Shown piece after piece: positions 1-12,830 of a DNA stretch of 64,000 bases (positions are counted from its first letter, which is position 1; each line of letters begins with the position of its first letter). The DNA comes from Octopus bimaculoides (Eukaryota). The position numbers and the translations under genes are program-made. The notes beneath the pieces were generated by a model, which did no database searches, had not been told where the DNA came from, and saw only the letters and a program-made list of their open reading frames with translations. The stretch lies in NCBI RefSeq assembly GCF_001194135.2, contig NC_068995.1:53926844-53990843 (forward strand), written 5' to 3'.

Positions 1-1663
1 TTTTACTCGTAACTGCAAATAATTTCCCTTTACATCCGGTGTGACAGCCCCTGGGAAAGGCATCAGTGTCCCATTATGCCATTTTCCATATTTTAACATT
101 CAGAAATTATTGTCTAATAAAAATCAAATTCGATCTTGATTATAATTTGATTTATAATAACTACAGCTGCATTCGTCTTATCCAGTTCGTGACATTGGGC
201 GATTTACAGTAATACACCTATTCTAATGCTTAATACTTCTAGGCCTATTATTTGAAGGATTTATAATTTAATACAGAATCGTTATATAATTAAGAACCTA
301 TGGAATCTTTGGCGACTGCAATTTTTCTTGTCATACAGGTATTCGTAATGACATTGAAGTGGAATCGCTTTGGAAGGGAATCGAAAAGAAGTTTGAGACG
401 AACTAATGATAACACTTCTTTCTTTAATCTACATCAACTATATTCTAACCACAAAACAATCATCATATTTTTCCGCATTTGATTATAGAATGGCATGCGT
501 ATATCTTTAACGGTGTGCATTCATTAAAGAACAGGTGTTAAGAATGATCTTGCATTTGTTTGGGAAGAATACTAAAAGGGCACATAAATCATTTCCATTG
601 CAAGTAATAGCGAGATAATTATATCTTGACAGAGCAGCAAATTTCGTTGAAAATGAACAATTTATTCATGGTTACGAATTGCATCTAGGGTTTCTCAGAA
701 TATCTCTCTATACGGTTGGTTGGAGAATATATATTTATGGTTTTATAAATTGATGTAAGATTATTGTATCTAAGTTAGATATCAATCATGGGGGCGGCCT
801 TTCGAAACAATCATCTGTGAGTGCTCAAATTCCGGAAGATTTCCTTAATCAATGCCTCTTACTAGCTTCGTGATTTTGCTTTCCTTTTACCTCGTCATAA
901 TGAGAAAAACAAAGGCATTGAAATGTTTCGCCTGCTTCAGTCACAATAAGTCGCCATCTTCCTCTTTCCTTTCTGCGTATGTATAAATTTATGTGTATAT
1001 TTACCGAGATAGGTGTATAAATGTATGTATGCGTATATGTATATACACCTATGTTTCTAAGTAAATACGTAATATTAAAGATGCGTTCAAATTAGATGCT
1101 GCGTTTCTAGTAATTGATTTCTCGTATAAGCAAAGGGCTTCAGATACAGGTTAAAGATGGATATAAATTTGGACGACTTTTCTGGCTTATTTTGAGGTTA
1201 TTATCCACGTAAGTGAACTGAAAGGATTACAAATACGATTCCAAAATCATTCGTTGATGCATCTGACTACGCTTTGTCGATTTTCTTTTCTCACTCCACA
1301 AGAATAGAAACATAACTTTATCTTCTTAAATGCAATTTTCAAATGTGATTTGTTCTATAGAAAATGGAACATGGCGATCATGCGCATGCAGTTTCAATGC
1401 GCGGTAGAAGATATTTAGATTCCTATGCACTGTCGATACATTTGCAAAAGCTATGGAAGTCACTTTCATCTGGCACTAAATTCTAGTAAGCAATCGTTTG
1501 TCCATCTACTGGTTTCAGTTACTGGACACGGCCAGTCTGTGGCAGTTACTTCAATGCCTATTAAGTCATATCGCCTCCAGTGCTTCGAAGTTCTGTCCCG
1601 ATATTCTGGACGGTAAAGTTATCTATTTGATATAACTTTAGTTTTTACATAAGTGTAAACGCA

Positions 1664-1701
<38 letters not shown>

Positions 1702-1817
1702 NNNNNNNNNNNNNNNNNNNNNNNNNNNNNNNNNNNNNNNNNNNNNNNNNNNNNNNNNNNNNNNNNNNNNNNNNNNNNNNNNNNNNNNNNNNNNNNNNNN
1801 NNNNNNNNNNNNNNNNN
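1702..1817. other. Assembly gap (N run) between (CA)n and (TA)n
   Basis: N run. The other gaps are 18153-18214, 33927-34297, 35278-36024, 45166-45687, 49644-49722, 51722-51757, 54764-54773, 59150-59265 and 62039-62746, most flanked by dinucleotide repeats. Confidence 0.98.
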
Positions 1818-4800
1818 ATATATATATATATATATATATATAGTATCTGTGAGTGTATATGTGTAAGCATTTATATATATGTATACATAAATAAATAAAT
1901 ACATAAATAATTAAATAAATATACATTCCGAATACCTTCGTCTGTAATTACAGAAGTTATATGCACACATATGGCAACGGGCTGAACAACAGCAAAAGAA
2001 GTTTGATTATTTTCAAGACTGTATAATATGGTTCATACATATAATATGCAGGCCAGATAGAGGCCCTGTATAATGGTAGGACAAATTTATCAGCCAAATC
2101 GTCATGAATAACACACACCATTTTAGGAAGAGCATATTGGATAATATAAACCTTAGAACGGTTAAAAAGACTTCGGTTATGTCACTACAGATTTAGAAGT
2201 AACTTGGAAATCGTGAACAAAATCAGCCACAAAACATGAAATATCTTGGTTTTCGTGCTTAAATCTATTACAAATGACCAGCTCATACTTTTGGAATACT
2301 ACATGTTTACTCTCCTATTAGTTATAAAGCTATCTTGAATTGGAAAATATTATTAAGAATTGTACTACCCTATGAAATTTCTGATGATTGTAGGAAATTC
2401 TTTTAAGAAGATTGACTGAAAAATTTCAACATACACATAATCAGGTGAGGAATTTGAAGCACAATATTGCGAAGTGTCAGAAGAGTAATAAATAGCAATA
2501 TCTTCTTAATATCAGAAAAAAAAATCTCCAAAAGCAAACATAATTATGATTTACGTATATTACTGAAACTAGGCTTTAGATTGTAATTTGGATACTGTTT
2601 TCTGATTATCACAGAAAGCTGATAAATACAACATCAATGTGATCTCAATCAAAAATACCATTTGTTTTCATTAAAGGTTACGTTATATTTGTAAGTTCTA
2701 CTGCTTAATGTAACATTTATCTTCGGATATTTAATATGTTTCTTGAAACCATATTGAAGACATACAAACGGAAAAAAGCAACGAAATGCTTTTGGTAAAA
2801 AAAAACAAAACAAATATATTGTCAAAACACCATGATCGGGAATCAAATAATGACGATGCTTATATCAACTCGAAGTTTTCTATAAAATATGCCACAAATA
2901 CGTTTTTTCTGTTCCTGCATTTAGTGGAAATTTATAAAAGAAAATCCCGACAGAAACAATACAATTCTAGATGTAAGTTGAAAGACAAAACTTTTAAAGT
3001 TTTTATATATTTTAATATAAATGTTTAAAAACACCTGAGAGCAATGCAGCTGAAAATTAAGGCAAATATGTACAGTGATGTTATTAAATAAACGCAAAGT
3101 AAAATGATAGTGTATTGTCTAATATAGGTTGCTTAATGCTTATATTTTGGGAAAAGCTCTTATCAAATATAAGACATAAATTTATCAGTGAAAATAATTG
3201 ATATACTGTATTTTCCTAATTTATAGTTTGATACGTAAAATGATAACGAGAATAGGAAATAAAATAAATAATTTATTCCTGCAATAGACACTCATGATAC
3301 GGAGATTTAAGTAAACTACGATGCATATTTAATACATTATAAACATTTTATGCATTATTACGTAATATATTAGTAAATGCCATCTTATATTGGAAATACA
3401 AACTCGGAACTATCATGTATGTTTCATAGTGATATGTGCTGTCATTACATGGGAGTTCCAATTTGAAAAACGGATATAGAAACATCCACATAGAAAGTGA
3501 GAATAGAATATTTTATTAAGATGATTCACTTTTCAATACTACCAATCCTTAAGTTTATATAAAAAAAAACTGTTTAGTTGCTTACCAAATTCAGAATCAT
3601 TCATTTTGCAATAAATAAACTATATATATCGGCAATATTTTTTCCGGTATTCTTAAGTAGCAAATAGTTTCGATGGAAGCAGCAAAGAAAAGAAAAAGAA
3701 AAGAGGAAGAAACTAAAAATGAAATGTCATCGCAACTGAAAGAGTATAGACATCTCTAAATTTAGCTGAAACAAGTCTATTGAAATGTACAAGGGAGACA
3801 ATCATTATTCTTTAGAAAGAATAAAATAACATACTGGATACATAAATCTTCCATCATAGTCATGAAAGCATAGAAATTCCAAAAATTGAACAGCGTTTTC
3901 TACTTACCGTTTACGTACAAATACTCAAACAGAAGTTTCTAGTTTACAAATTTTGCATAATGGCTAAAAATTGATTCCCGCCAATCCGTTACTTTTGTCT
4001 ACAAGATTTTCGTCTTCTCGAAATAGTTATTTTAAGACTTATTGGTTATTAGAATAGAGTACTAACATCTCTTGGTTCTGGACTATAATTCTTTACCGTC
4101 AGAAGAAAGGTAAACAGCAACCGTATAAACATATCATTACACAATCATACACACACGAATACGAACATTGATGTATATATTCATCATTGGCTGTATTTCG
4201 TGTGTGGGAGAATGTTAATTTTGCAATAGCGTCGTACAACATTCATATTCTCTTCATATTCTCTGTAATTTCGCATTTTGGAATTATTCGTGCCTCAACA
4301 TAGGGACGTATTATGTGGGTTAATTGAGCGATAGGTCATGAAACAGCCTCTCATCTCCAGTTCTGTTCTATTTACATGCAATTAACACGTCACTTTCTAT
4401 GATAAAGTGATCTCAGCAGTAAATAAATCTCATGGGGCAGGTGGAAGGTTTAATGTAAATAGTTAACTATTTGTTCCTTAATTTGCAATATTTTGCATCA
4501 AGTCAGCACATTAGCCTTTGCGAATCTGTTAGTCATGCAACGCAAATCTTTCATATGCTAAAGTATTATCTGAAACATAAAAGGAAGATTCTACGAGCAA
4601 CGTGTTTCAGGAAAATGTATTTTCCTCTGCCTACATGTGTTGCAGTAAAAACAATTTTAATTGAAAAATTCTTCGCAAATTTCATTAAAAACAAGTCTTC
4701 ACAATTTCTTTTTCTTAGACCCCAGGACATATAAACCGGTTCCCTGATTTCCATCGCATATAAGTAACAGAGATCTCAACATTCCCTTAATCTAGGCACC

Positions 4801-4829
4801 TGTCCGTCGCAGATTTAAATTCTAGCAAC

Positions 4830-5015
4830 CTAGAGAGGAAGGCTACAAGTTGATTACATCGACTCCATTATTTTATCTTGTCTCCAATATAAGACAGGTA
4901 CCTTATTGTATCGACCCCAGAGGGATGAAAGGTAAAGTTGATTTCGGCGGGATCTTTACTCAGGACGTAAAGAGACGGAAGTAATACTGCTAAGTATTTT
5001 GTCCGTCGTCCTCAT
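4830..5015 (-). mobile_element. tRNA-derived SINE remnant (octopus OR-like family)
   Basis: Carries gttgattacatcgac...atcgaccccagagggatgaaaggtaaagttgatttcggcggg...aatactgctaagtattttgtccg, homologous to the better-preserved copies at 22567-22780 and 36190-36420. Confidence 0.8.
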
Positions 5016-5543
5016 GACCTCTTCCGCAAGTTGGGATGAGAATGCACTAATCCTTCGACAATCGCGAGTATTACGTTCCAAAACACTGCCTAATTTGTGA
5101 AGATCAACGAAGTAAAAACTGTACTGTATATTTTTTATTGTTTCTATAATTTCTGTATATTTATTTTATCATATTATGGAGATGTACTTGCATAGCAAAT
5201 GACCTGGTCTGTGATCGTGTGCTGGAACGAAAACAATTGCAGCGTGGAAGGTGGTTCTAAGCCATTTAAAATAGCACACAAAAACCGTTAGATTCACTTC
5301 AACATCTAAATTTAATTTGTCAAAATATTTTCATCGCTTTCAGACCGCGACCGGTTCACGGACAAACTTCCGTTCAGGATTATTGTTCTTACTACCATAT
5401 TCACCCAACATTATATCGGTACAGCTCGATACAACCTCAAAAAGCCGGTTCACCAATCAGCATCATTAAATGATGGCCAGCATAATGTAATAGGAACTTC
5501 ATTTGCATTTCCTGTAAACAAATTTAAAAGATATATGTGTGTC

Positions 5544-5583
<40 letters not shown>

Positions 5584-5639
5584 TGTGTATGTGTGTGTGT
5601 GTGTGTGTGTGTGTCTGCGTGTTAATACCACATATAAAG

Positions 5640-6150
5640 CGATGATTTTTCAATTTACCAACGTTAATGGAGCTGTCATCAGGCTGTATCCAATGTTAAA
5701 CAGGTGTTTCAACTCCGAGTCGCAACACTCTCCCGTGGTAGAGTCAGTAGAGGTAGCCAAGTCACTGCCCCTAATTTCCTCCTGGCTCCCAGATTAACAC
5801 TTCTCTGTTGCTCCAACGCCAACAAGAGGCTCTTCCAGCTACCACTCCTGTCCTGCACACAGCCGCCCTTTGCTCCTTTCCTCTCATTCCTATAGCTGTA
5901 ACCATCTTCCATGTAGACTGAACCGGGAATCTCCTACAGCTAACCTCGACTGGGAAAAGCCATACGTGCCATCCCTTTAATTTTTGGCACGTTTCCGTTG
6001 ATGGGCCCCATCACGGGACTGTTATTTCAATTACGATAATTTTCATGGCTTTTTCAGACCATTGGACACTGCTGAAGTTACAAACCTGGTTAGACTTTGT
6101 ATTAACTTTCAAATAGACCAGCAATTGTCAAAGTATCCGGAAGTTTATAC
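5640..6150 (-). mobile_element. HERO-like non-LTR retrotransposon 3' fragment (restriction-like endonuclease C-terminus plus 3' UTR), decayed
   Basis: Minus 6061-6011 reads WSEKAMKIIVIEITVP* (cf. RPDIVLWS...IELTVPWE). Minus 5974-5771 reads GWHVWLFPVEVSCRRFPVQSTWKMVTAIGMRGKEQRAAVCRTGVVAGRASCWRWSNREVLIWEPGGN* (cf. GW..W.FPVEVGCRGF...AERAS.WLW of HERO/RLE elements). This frame is absent from the ORF track. Confidence 0.8.
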
Positions 6151-7265
6151 AAGATATTTAGGTGTTATAAAATTTTTTGTATTGTGATCGTATACGGCAA
6201 AATTTCGAAAGATATGCTTTATAATTATTTTATGGAATCTGATTATCATTTATCAAATTGTGGATCATTATAAAGAATTGTTGTACACAATGTATCATTC
6301 CACATACATATAAGAGGTTTCTACAGATACTTAATACAAACGCTTTAATATACAGTATATAATTATATAGTTATTGATGCAAAAATATATTTTCTATGAG
6401 TTCTAGAATTAATATGATCATAAGGATCTATATTAATGGCTAAACGTTTCTTTTCATTGCTATAGAAAACAAAGTGTAAACGAAAATGTAATTTCATGAC
6501 ATGCAGATAATCCTTAATTTACGAAAAGTTTTGACCGGATTTGTTACAATGATACCGCAGAAGAAAGATCCCTTGGAACGGGATTCCAAGGTAATTATAT
6601 TAATGCTATTAATATTATATTACAAGATATAGAAATATGTTGAAACTTGAAGAAAGAAGGAAACTGAAATCTAGCAACTGCAATAAGGAGATAAACGGCT
6701 TAACTTTGCAAAATGCAGAAGCTCGTTTGTTGCGTTAGATTAGACCTGATTACAGTGATCAAGGGTTTGGAAATAAAAACAAATCTAGAGATGATATACT
6801 TTGAGATATAAGTTGACAAAAAATCAAAATAATAATTTGGAAACTGATATGCTTTTTTGTTCATCAAACAGATTAAAATATCATCTCTTTCGTACAGAAG
6901 ATAGTTGCTGATTATATTTTTCTTCAAATGTTGATCACAGATTTTGTAGAAAGAGACGTGTTTAATGAAGTATATGTCTATCTCTAATAACAATTTCGGG
7001 AGAAGTTCTGCAATTTTAGGGGCGTAAGTAAGTTGATTAAATTGACCCTAGAGCTCAACTTGTATTTATTCTGTCAAACTCGAAAGAATGTAGATAGACA
7101 CACTTCTGCATACGGTAGCAAAAAAATCGATACTGTGATGAGACATGTGGTGAGTATATCAATAATGTCAGAGTTAAAAACATGGGATTGATAGCATAGA
7201 GATTCACAGGTAGATTTTGCAGCTGTTTCTAGCATATATCAAGTCTCTCGGTTTATTTTAATAAA

Positions 7266-7331
7266 TATGTCCCCTCTCATACATTTATACATACATACGT
7301 ATGTCCCCTCTCATACATTTATACATACATA
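7266..7331. repeat. 34-bp local tandem duplication (about 2 copies)
   Basis: tatgtcccctctcatacatttatacatacata at 7266 and 7300. Confidence 0.9.
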
Positions 7332-7629
7332 ATGCAATAATTATGTGTGTGTATGTGCATGTGTTTGTATGAGAAGGTCAGTGAGTGCGTGTGTGTGTGT
7401 GTGTGTATGAGTGATATAGTAACTGCGTGTGTGTGTGTGAGAGAGAGAGAGAGGGGGAGAGTGAGAGACACAAAGTCTATATAACAGATGAAGAGATAAA
7501 GCAATGTGATGTGTTCGTAAAACGATGTTCAGGGAATTATCTGAACCGACACTGAAATGTTGGTTTCAAATTACGGCACAAGATCAGCTATTTCGGAGGA
7601 GGGGGATATGATCATTAGATCGAACCCAG

Positions 7630-7765
7630 AACGCAACTGGCACTTAATTTATCTACGCCGAAAGGACGGAAGAGAAAGTCGAACATGGCGGAGTTTGAAC
7701 TCAGAACCGCAAGACGAAATGCTGCCAAGCATTTTGTCCGACTCGCTAAAGTTTCCTCCAGCTTA
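7630..7765 (-). mobile_element. tRNA-derived SINE remnant (OR-like)
   Basis: aactggcacttaatttatctacgccgaaagg...gagtttgaactcagaacc...gctgccaagcattttgtccg matches the family copies at 22567 and 36190. Confidence 0.75.
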
Positions 7766-9295
7766 AATAGTGGACATTGAAATATTGGATGTCTGCACAA
7801 CACTCAGCGGTCAAATGGCCTTTCCTCCATTTTCGTATTAATCACAATTACAGAAACATATGCACATACCATTCAAATTTAGGAAGCAACTTATGAGATG
7901 AGAAGTTATGAATCCTGCATAGAGATGTAACAAACTAAGACAGTATTTGTTCAATCAAGGAAGTTAATACCTATATACGATAGAAGAGCTATAAATATCA
8001 TAAGTACCGATGGTGCGTTTACTGAGCGCCATTCTACCCTTCACCTGTTGATGGTTCTACAATTCCACACGTTGGCTACTTTGTATTAGTATATTAAAGT
8101 GCCAACTTATTATTTCAGAATTAGTTTATGTTCGGCTATGTTTTATGTCATCTCTTTATTATCAATAAGAAAGATACGGAGTTCATAACTTTATATTACC
8201 TGACTTTAAGAAAAGTCATGAAAGTCATAACTTTTAGTGCTGCTTCGTGTGTGAATGGATTACTAAAGCAATCAATAATTATTAAGCGAATAAATGAATT
8301 CATTTATGAAAGCATAAAGAACATTTATTATTTAAAGGTTTCATAGATTAACTTTTCTTACTACCATATAATAACAGTTTCATTGACTCGCCTTGCATCT
8401 GGAATGTTTCATTGTTGTTTACTTCAAAAACCATGTCATCAGATCAAATCTAACTACCAGACAGCAAAACATAGTGTTAGCATTAAGTCTTGGAGCAGAA
8501 CAATAGACTACAGGGGTTATCTGTTCAGATCGTATTACTAGAGTAAGTAGCACATTGTTTGATAACTCTCTCTCTTTCTCTATATACTAACTAATAATAT
8601 ATGTACACTAATAGTAGGCAGAACGTTTAGTTATTTTCGCTGAAGCAACTCCTAGCGAGATCAACATTGTGATATGCGACTGCTTCGTTGAAACTATACT
8701 TATTTAAGGAAAGATCAAAGAATCTCCTACATATTCAGTCCATAGCGTTTGTAATTATGATCAAAAAGTTAACGGATCTAAATATTGTTTTCTTCGGCTT
8801 GTTTCATGTTTCATATTTAGTAGGGGAGATGGTATCTGCTTGTTTTGAATCTAAATTATACCTAATAAATTAGATGTATTAAACTTAGAAGTAATAGTTA
8901 TGTTTAAGTAAAAATCTTATATGTATATTTAAAAATTTTCTTGAATATATCCGTGGTAAGACAATTAATGTTTTATGCGTTTTCCTAGATATCATCTCTC
9001 TATAATCTGACGCATTTTTAGCTGGACAGTTTTTTGTAAGTTTCAAGGATAAATCTTTTCACAAGTTTCCCTATCAAAGACTCATCTTAGACTCTCAGAA
9101 AGCTGTGGAAAAAGGATTCAGATATATATTAACGAGCTAGAAAACGTAGTTTATAAGTGACAGCCTAGCTTTAATATACTAATGGTAATTAGATCGGAGA
9201 CCTTCCGGAAACCATAGATTTTAGGAGTAACCGCCAAGTTATGGTAGAATAACAATCCATAAAGTCAAATTGGATGAATTTAAAATATACGCCGA

Positions 9296-9446
9296 CAACA
9301 TCGAAAAATACCTTACGAATAAGAACTAGGTTCGAAATTTCCGCAAGACACCTGATGAAGGCTGGAGGGTATATCAGCTGAAACGTTATGTTAACAACAA
9401 AGAAGATGAGGACAAATATCCCTGAAATGTAAATAATGTAAACAAT
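9296..9446 (+). mobile_element. Penelope-like element pLTR fragment
   Basis: aacatcgaaaaatacctta...ggttcgaaatttcc..caagacacctgatgaagg...gatgaggacaaatatc..aaatgtaaataatgta. Homologous to the sequence flanking the GIY-YIG ORF at 25545-25630 (-) and 25998-26075 (+). Confidence 0.8.
9347..9392 (+). ncRNA. Minimal type I hammerhead ribozyme (PLE type)
   Basis: Stem I GACAC(9347-51)/ATGTT(9388-92); CTGATGA 9352-58; extra A; stem II GGCTG/CAGCT around a 10-nt loop; GAAAC 9380-84; GTT cleavage triplet; palindromic AACGTT stem III. Confidence 0.75.
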
Positions 9447-12314
9447 GTTCTTACCACCTGTTACAGTCGTTGAACTGACTATGATCATGCATCACTCAAC
9501 GCGATTTTAATTGAAGAAATCGATCCCATCTCTTATTTGTTTTTCAGTTTGGTACATTGGCTCGCAAGTGGTGTGAGAATAAGCACACATGCAAAGACAC
9601 ACACACACACACACACACACACCCATGTTTCTATATACGATGGACTTTCATAGAGTTTAACTCTGTTAAATTCGCAAGCGATGGTCAGCTGAGGGCTGTA
9701 TTGCAAGACTCATCGAACGTGACGTCGTGGAAATGAACCCGAAAAGAAATGACTGCTAAGGGAGCTTATTAGCTACAGATATATGCGTGTGTATGGATTG
9801 TGTTTATGTGTTCACGCGCGCGCACGTGTGTATGTGTTTGCGGGTGCGTTTGTGTGCATGTGTATAGATGTGTATTTGTGCATGTACATGCTTAGCTGTG
9901 AGTGTGTTTGTTTGAATTATTTTCCATGCTGCTAGTATAATTTATTGATTACTAAACAAACATTTACACTGTTATTGCTATAAAATGATTTTAAAAAATA
10001 TCGAGTCTATTAACATCTCTTCCAAAGTTGTGTTTATGAAAATAAGTTACCTAATGCACTATGACTTGTATACTTGGACTTTTGCAGTGTTTCCTCCCTC
10101 TTCAAATTTCGCAACATAATACCGCGTTCAGGAGGAGTTTGTCCACAGAAACAGTCTTGAACCTTTATCACTTTGATGTTTGGAAATTTAAAAATTTGAT
10201 GCTTAGCGAGGTTATGTTTTCTACATCAAATACTTCACTAAATTTCAACCCATTAATATCTGTTCATTCCTTTGTAAATGTATGCCTTACTGGATTCGTT
10301 TGAAGCGTTTTCCATTGAACAAAGCAACAGTTGCCAGGTTTTACTAGTTACTCGATGAATAGCCGGTTTATATTTTAAACTGATCGTTTGTATTCATGCA
10401 ACGTAAAAATATTTGCATTATAAAACTGCCATGTAATGTTCGGCTTCCCTTCTTCAAAAAAACCTTTCATTTTTGTTATCGTCGAATTCTCATAAACAAA
10501 TATTTGATCGGAAAATTATTGTTTTCATCTTTCCTTGAGCAAACAAATCCTCTTACTTTACGAATAGATCTACTATTACAAAGTAACGCACTAGATTTAA
10601 TAGAAAAATATCGTAAAGGTTAATTTGATTATCATTGCTCAATCTTTTGATTGTGTCATTTATTGGACAGTGGCCACGGTGAAACATCATCTTGAAAGTT
10701 TCAGGCAAGCAAGTCGATACCTGTACTCTTATTAAGACTACTGCATGATAAGTCGGGTCGTATTGCCACACCACTCAGTTGCGCGAACGCATGAACACCA
10801 ACGCCGCTTTTGAAGTGGTTTTGGGTACAAAAAGACAGACACCTCTAACTTTATAAATTGCAGCAATTTTTTCTTGATAATGTCTCAAATAGATTCACCA
10901 GTGTAATCAATTGTTTTCCTTTAACATTGAAACACTATATTCAGATTGAGATTTGTACTAATATACTAAGATTTTGTTTCAAGTTTGAAGGAAATTTTAG
11001 AGAAGTATGATTTTGTACATAATTAAGTGAGTGCTAACATAATTAATATACTGAGGAAATATTCTGCTTAATGAAGCAGAAGTGAGACCGAACATTTGCA
11101 CTATGCTTGAATATCATTAACGCAGTTAGCGGGAAACAACCGAGAAATCCCAATTTACTCCCGAATATTTGAGAGCAAGCCAATAATAACACAAGAACTA
11201 ATTTTAATAATTAGTTCATGACATCCCGTTAGAAATTGAGCGAAGTAGCACTGAATTTAAGCTTTAAAGTTTAATTTAGTCAATTGGTAAAATTAACGTG
11301 TTTTTTTTTGCATTAATTTAATCATTGCTGTAATATATATAAATTTATTAAAGTTAACTGACTTTTAGGTTCCTCATAAAATTCTTTGTTGCTATGCTTT
11401 GTGCTATGTTAATTATGCTTCTAGATATAAGGATGTAAAGGAAGATTGAACAGGATTAGATTGCCATTTATTACAAGCGCTATTGATTTTCCTAACGTTC
11501 AGCAATAGAAAATTGTGATCCATAATATTGATCCTCATTGGCCAATATTTACGAAAATAGAGAAAATTGCTCACGACTCTAATTACTAAATACAGACAGA
11601 GGCAAAAGGTTTAAGCCTTCAGATCAGCTTATCAAATAGAGTGAGAGCAGTGATATTCTAGTTTAACACATGCATTTAACGGCATGGACCTGACAATTAT
11701 CTCATATAGATAATTATACAATTCTCAAGGGGAATATTATTAACGCATCCTCTCCGATTATAGCACGCTGTTAACAAGAACTTGGAGATATATATTAAAG
11801 TATCAAGTGTGACATGATTCTACGTTAACTATGAGATTAATTTATTATGATTAAGAAATGAGTGATATGATATAACAATTAAAAACTGTAAATGATTTAT
11901 TAATTGGATATAAGGTTTCGTATTTGATTAGAATTTGAAACTTTAGATCGCCAATGCACTCTAAAGACGTGAGATAAAAACGCCATTCAAGTAGGATTTA
12001 GATAAGTGCACAATTATTTAAATTACTCCTTTCTTTTACATAGCATTACTCTTGAATATTCTAATGAAAATCTAGTTATAAGGATTTAACATACATACCA
12101 AATAGCGAGAATTCAAGCAACGATTGTGATTAGTAAAGGTATTTATCTTTATCCATTTCAAAATGAATTTGCAACATACTCGTCAACAACGATATTACAA
12201 AAAGATAACTACATAACAATGAATGAAAGTCACATTTAATATGTTAGTGTTGATTGCAGAAACACATACACAATCCCTATTTCAGACGTTAAAACGATGC
12301 CCTTTTATTAATGC

Positions 12315-12315
<1 letters not shown>

Positions 12316-12392
<77 letters not shown>

Positions 12393-12398
12393 AATAAT
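12316..12398. repeat. (AAT)n microsatellite
   Basis: Direct reading. Confidence 0.97.
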
Positions 12399-12545
12399 TT
12401 GTGCTTTGAGAATGATAAAAAATAGAGATAAGAAGTATATTAAACAACTTCCTGGTAACTCCAATCTCCGTGAACTACAAAAGATAACTTTCTTGGGTAC
12501 AGCCCATATACTACGGAAAGCACTCACCATATAACATGAAAATAA
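12399..12545 (+). mobile_element. R4/Dong-like non-LTR retrotransposon extreme 3' fragment
   Basis: CALRMIKNRDKKYIKQLPGNSNLRELQKITFLGTAHILRKALTI* (stop 12532-34) matches the GALGMIKK...IPG...ELQK..LLGTAHILRK C-terminus of R4-clade RLE elements. Confidence 0.8.
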
Positions 12546-12751
12546 TAATGATAATAAAAGGTAGAAGGAATTAATAGATCCAGTAGATTTCTATAAATAA
12601 GCTATGAAAAACAAATTTGGTTAACTATATTAGACACTCACATACCAATAAATGCAAGTGTATTTATATATATATGAATATAAATATATATATATATACG
12701 CAGACGTAACAGAAATAAATAGACAACCATATAATTCAGTTCTATAGTTAA

Positions 12752-12794
12752 AAGATGAGGACAAATATCTGTCAAATATAAATAATGTAAATAA
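12752..12794 (+). mobile_element. Short PLE pLTR tail fragment
   Basis: aagatgaggacaaatatctgtcaaatataaataatgtaaata is nearly identical to 9404-9440 and 26037-26074. Confidence 0.7.
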
Positions 12795-12830
12795 AGCCAT
12801 ATAATTGTTAAAATTCATTTAAATCTGCAA

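Noticed and set aside
1361-1616. GC-elevated patch with frames MEHGDHAHAVSMRGRRY... and LLDTASLWQLLQ... and splice-like sites
   Set aside because: It would need a 33-nt intron and still hits a stop; no consistent exon model or homology.
2394-2444. 51-bp phase-0 exon candidate EILLRRLTEKFQHTHNQ with CAG|GTGAGG
   Set aside because: Too short to distinguish from chance; weak acceptor; no linked evidence.
6059-6161. Plus-strand exon-like frame PLDTAEVTNLVRLCINFQIDQQLSKYPEVYTRYL
   Set aside because: It is the antisense of the HERO endonuclease remnant.
6507-6590. 84-bp exon candidate IILNLRKVLTGFVTMIPQKKDPLERDSK
   Set aside because: Moderate splice sites; expected by chance at this length.
8960-9260. 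Possible CR1-like RT traces (DKSFHKFPYQRLI)
   Set aside because: Too degraded to support by eye.
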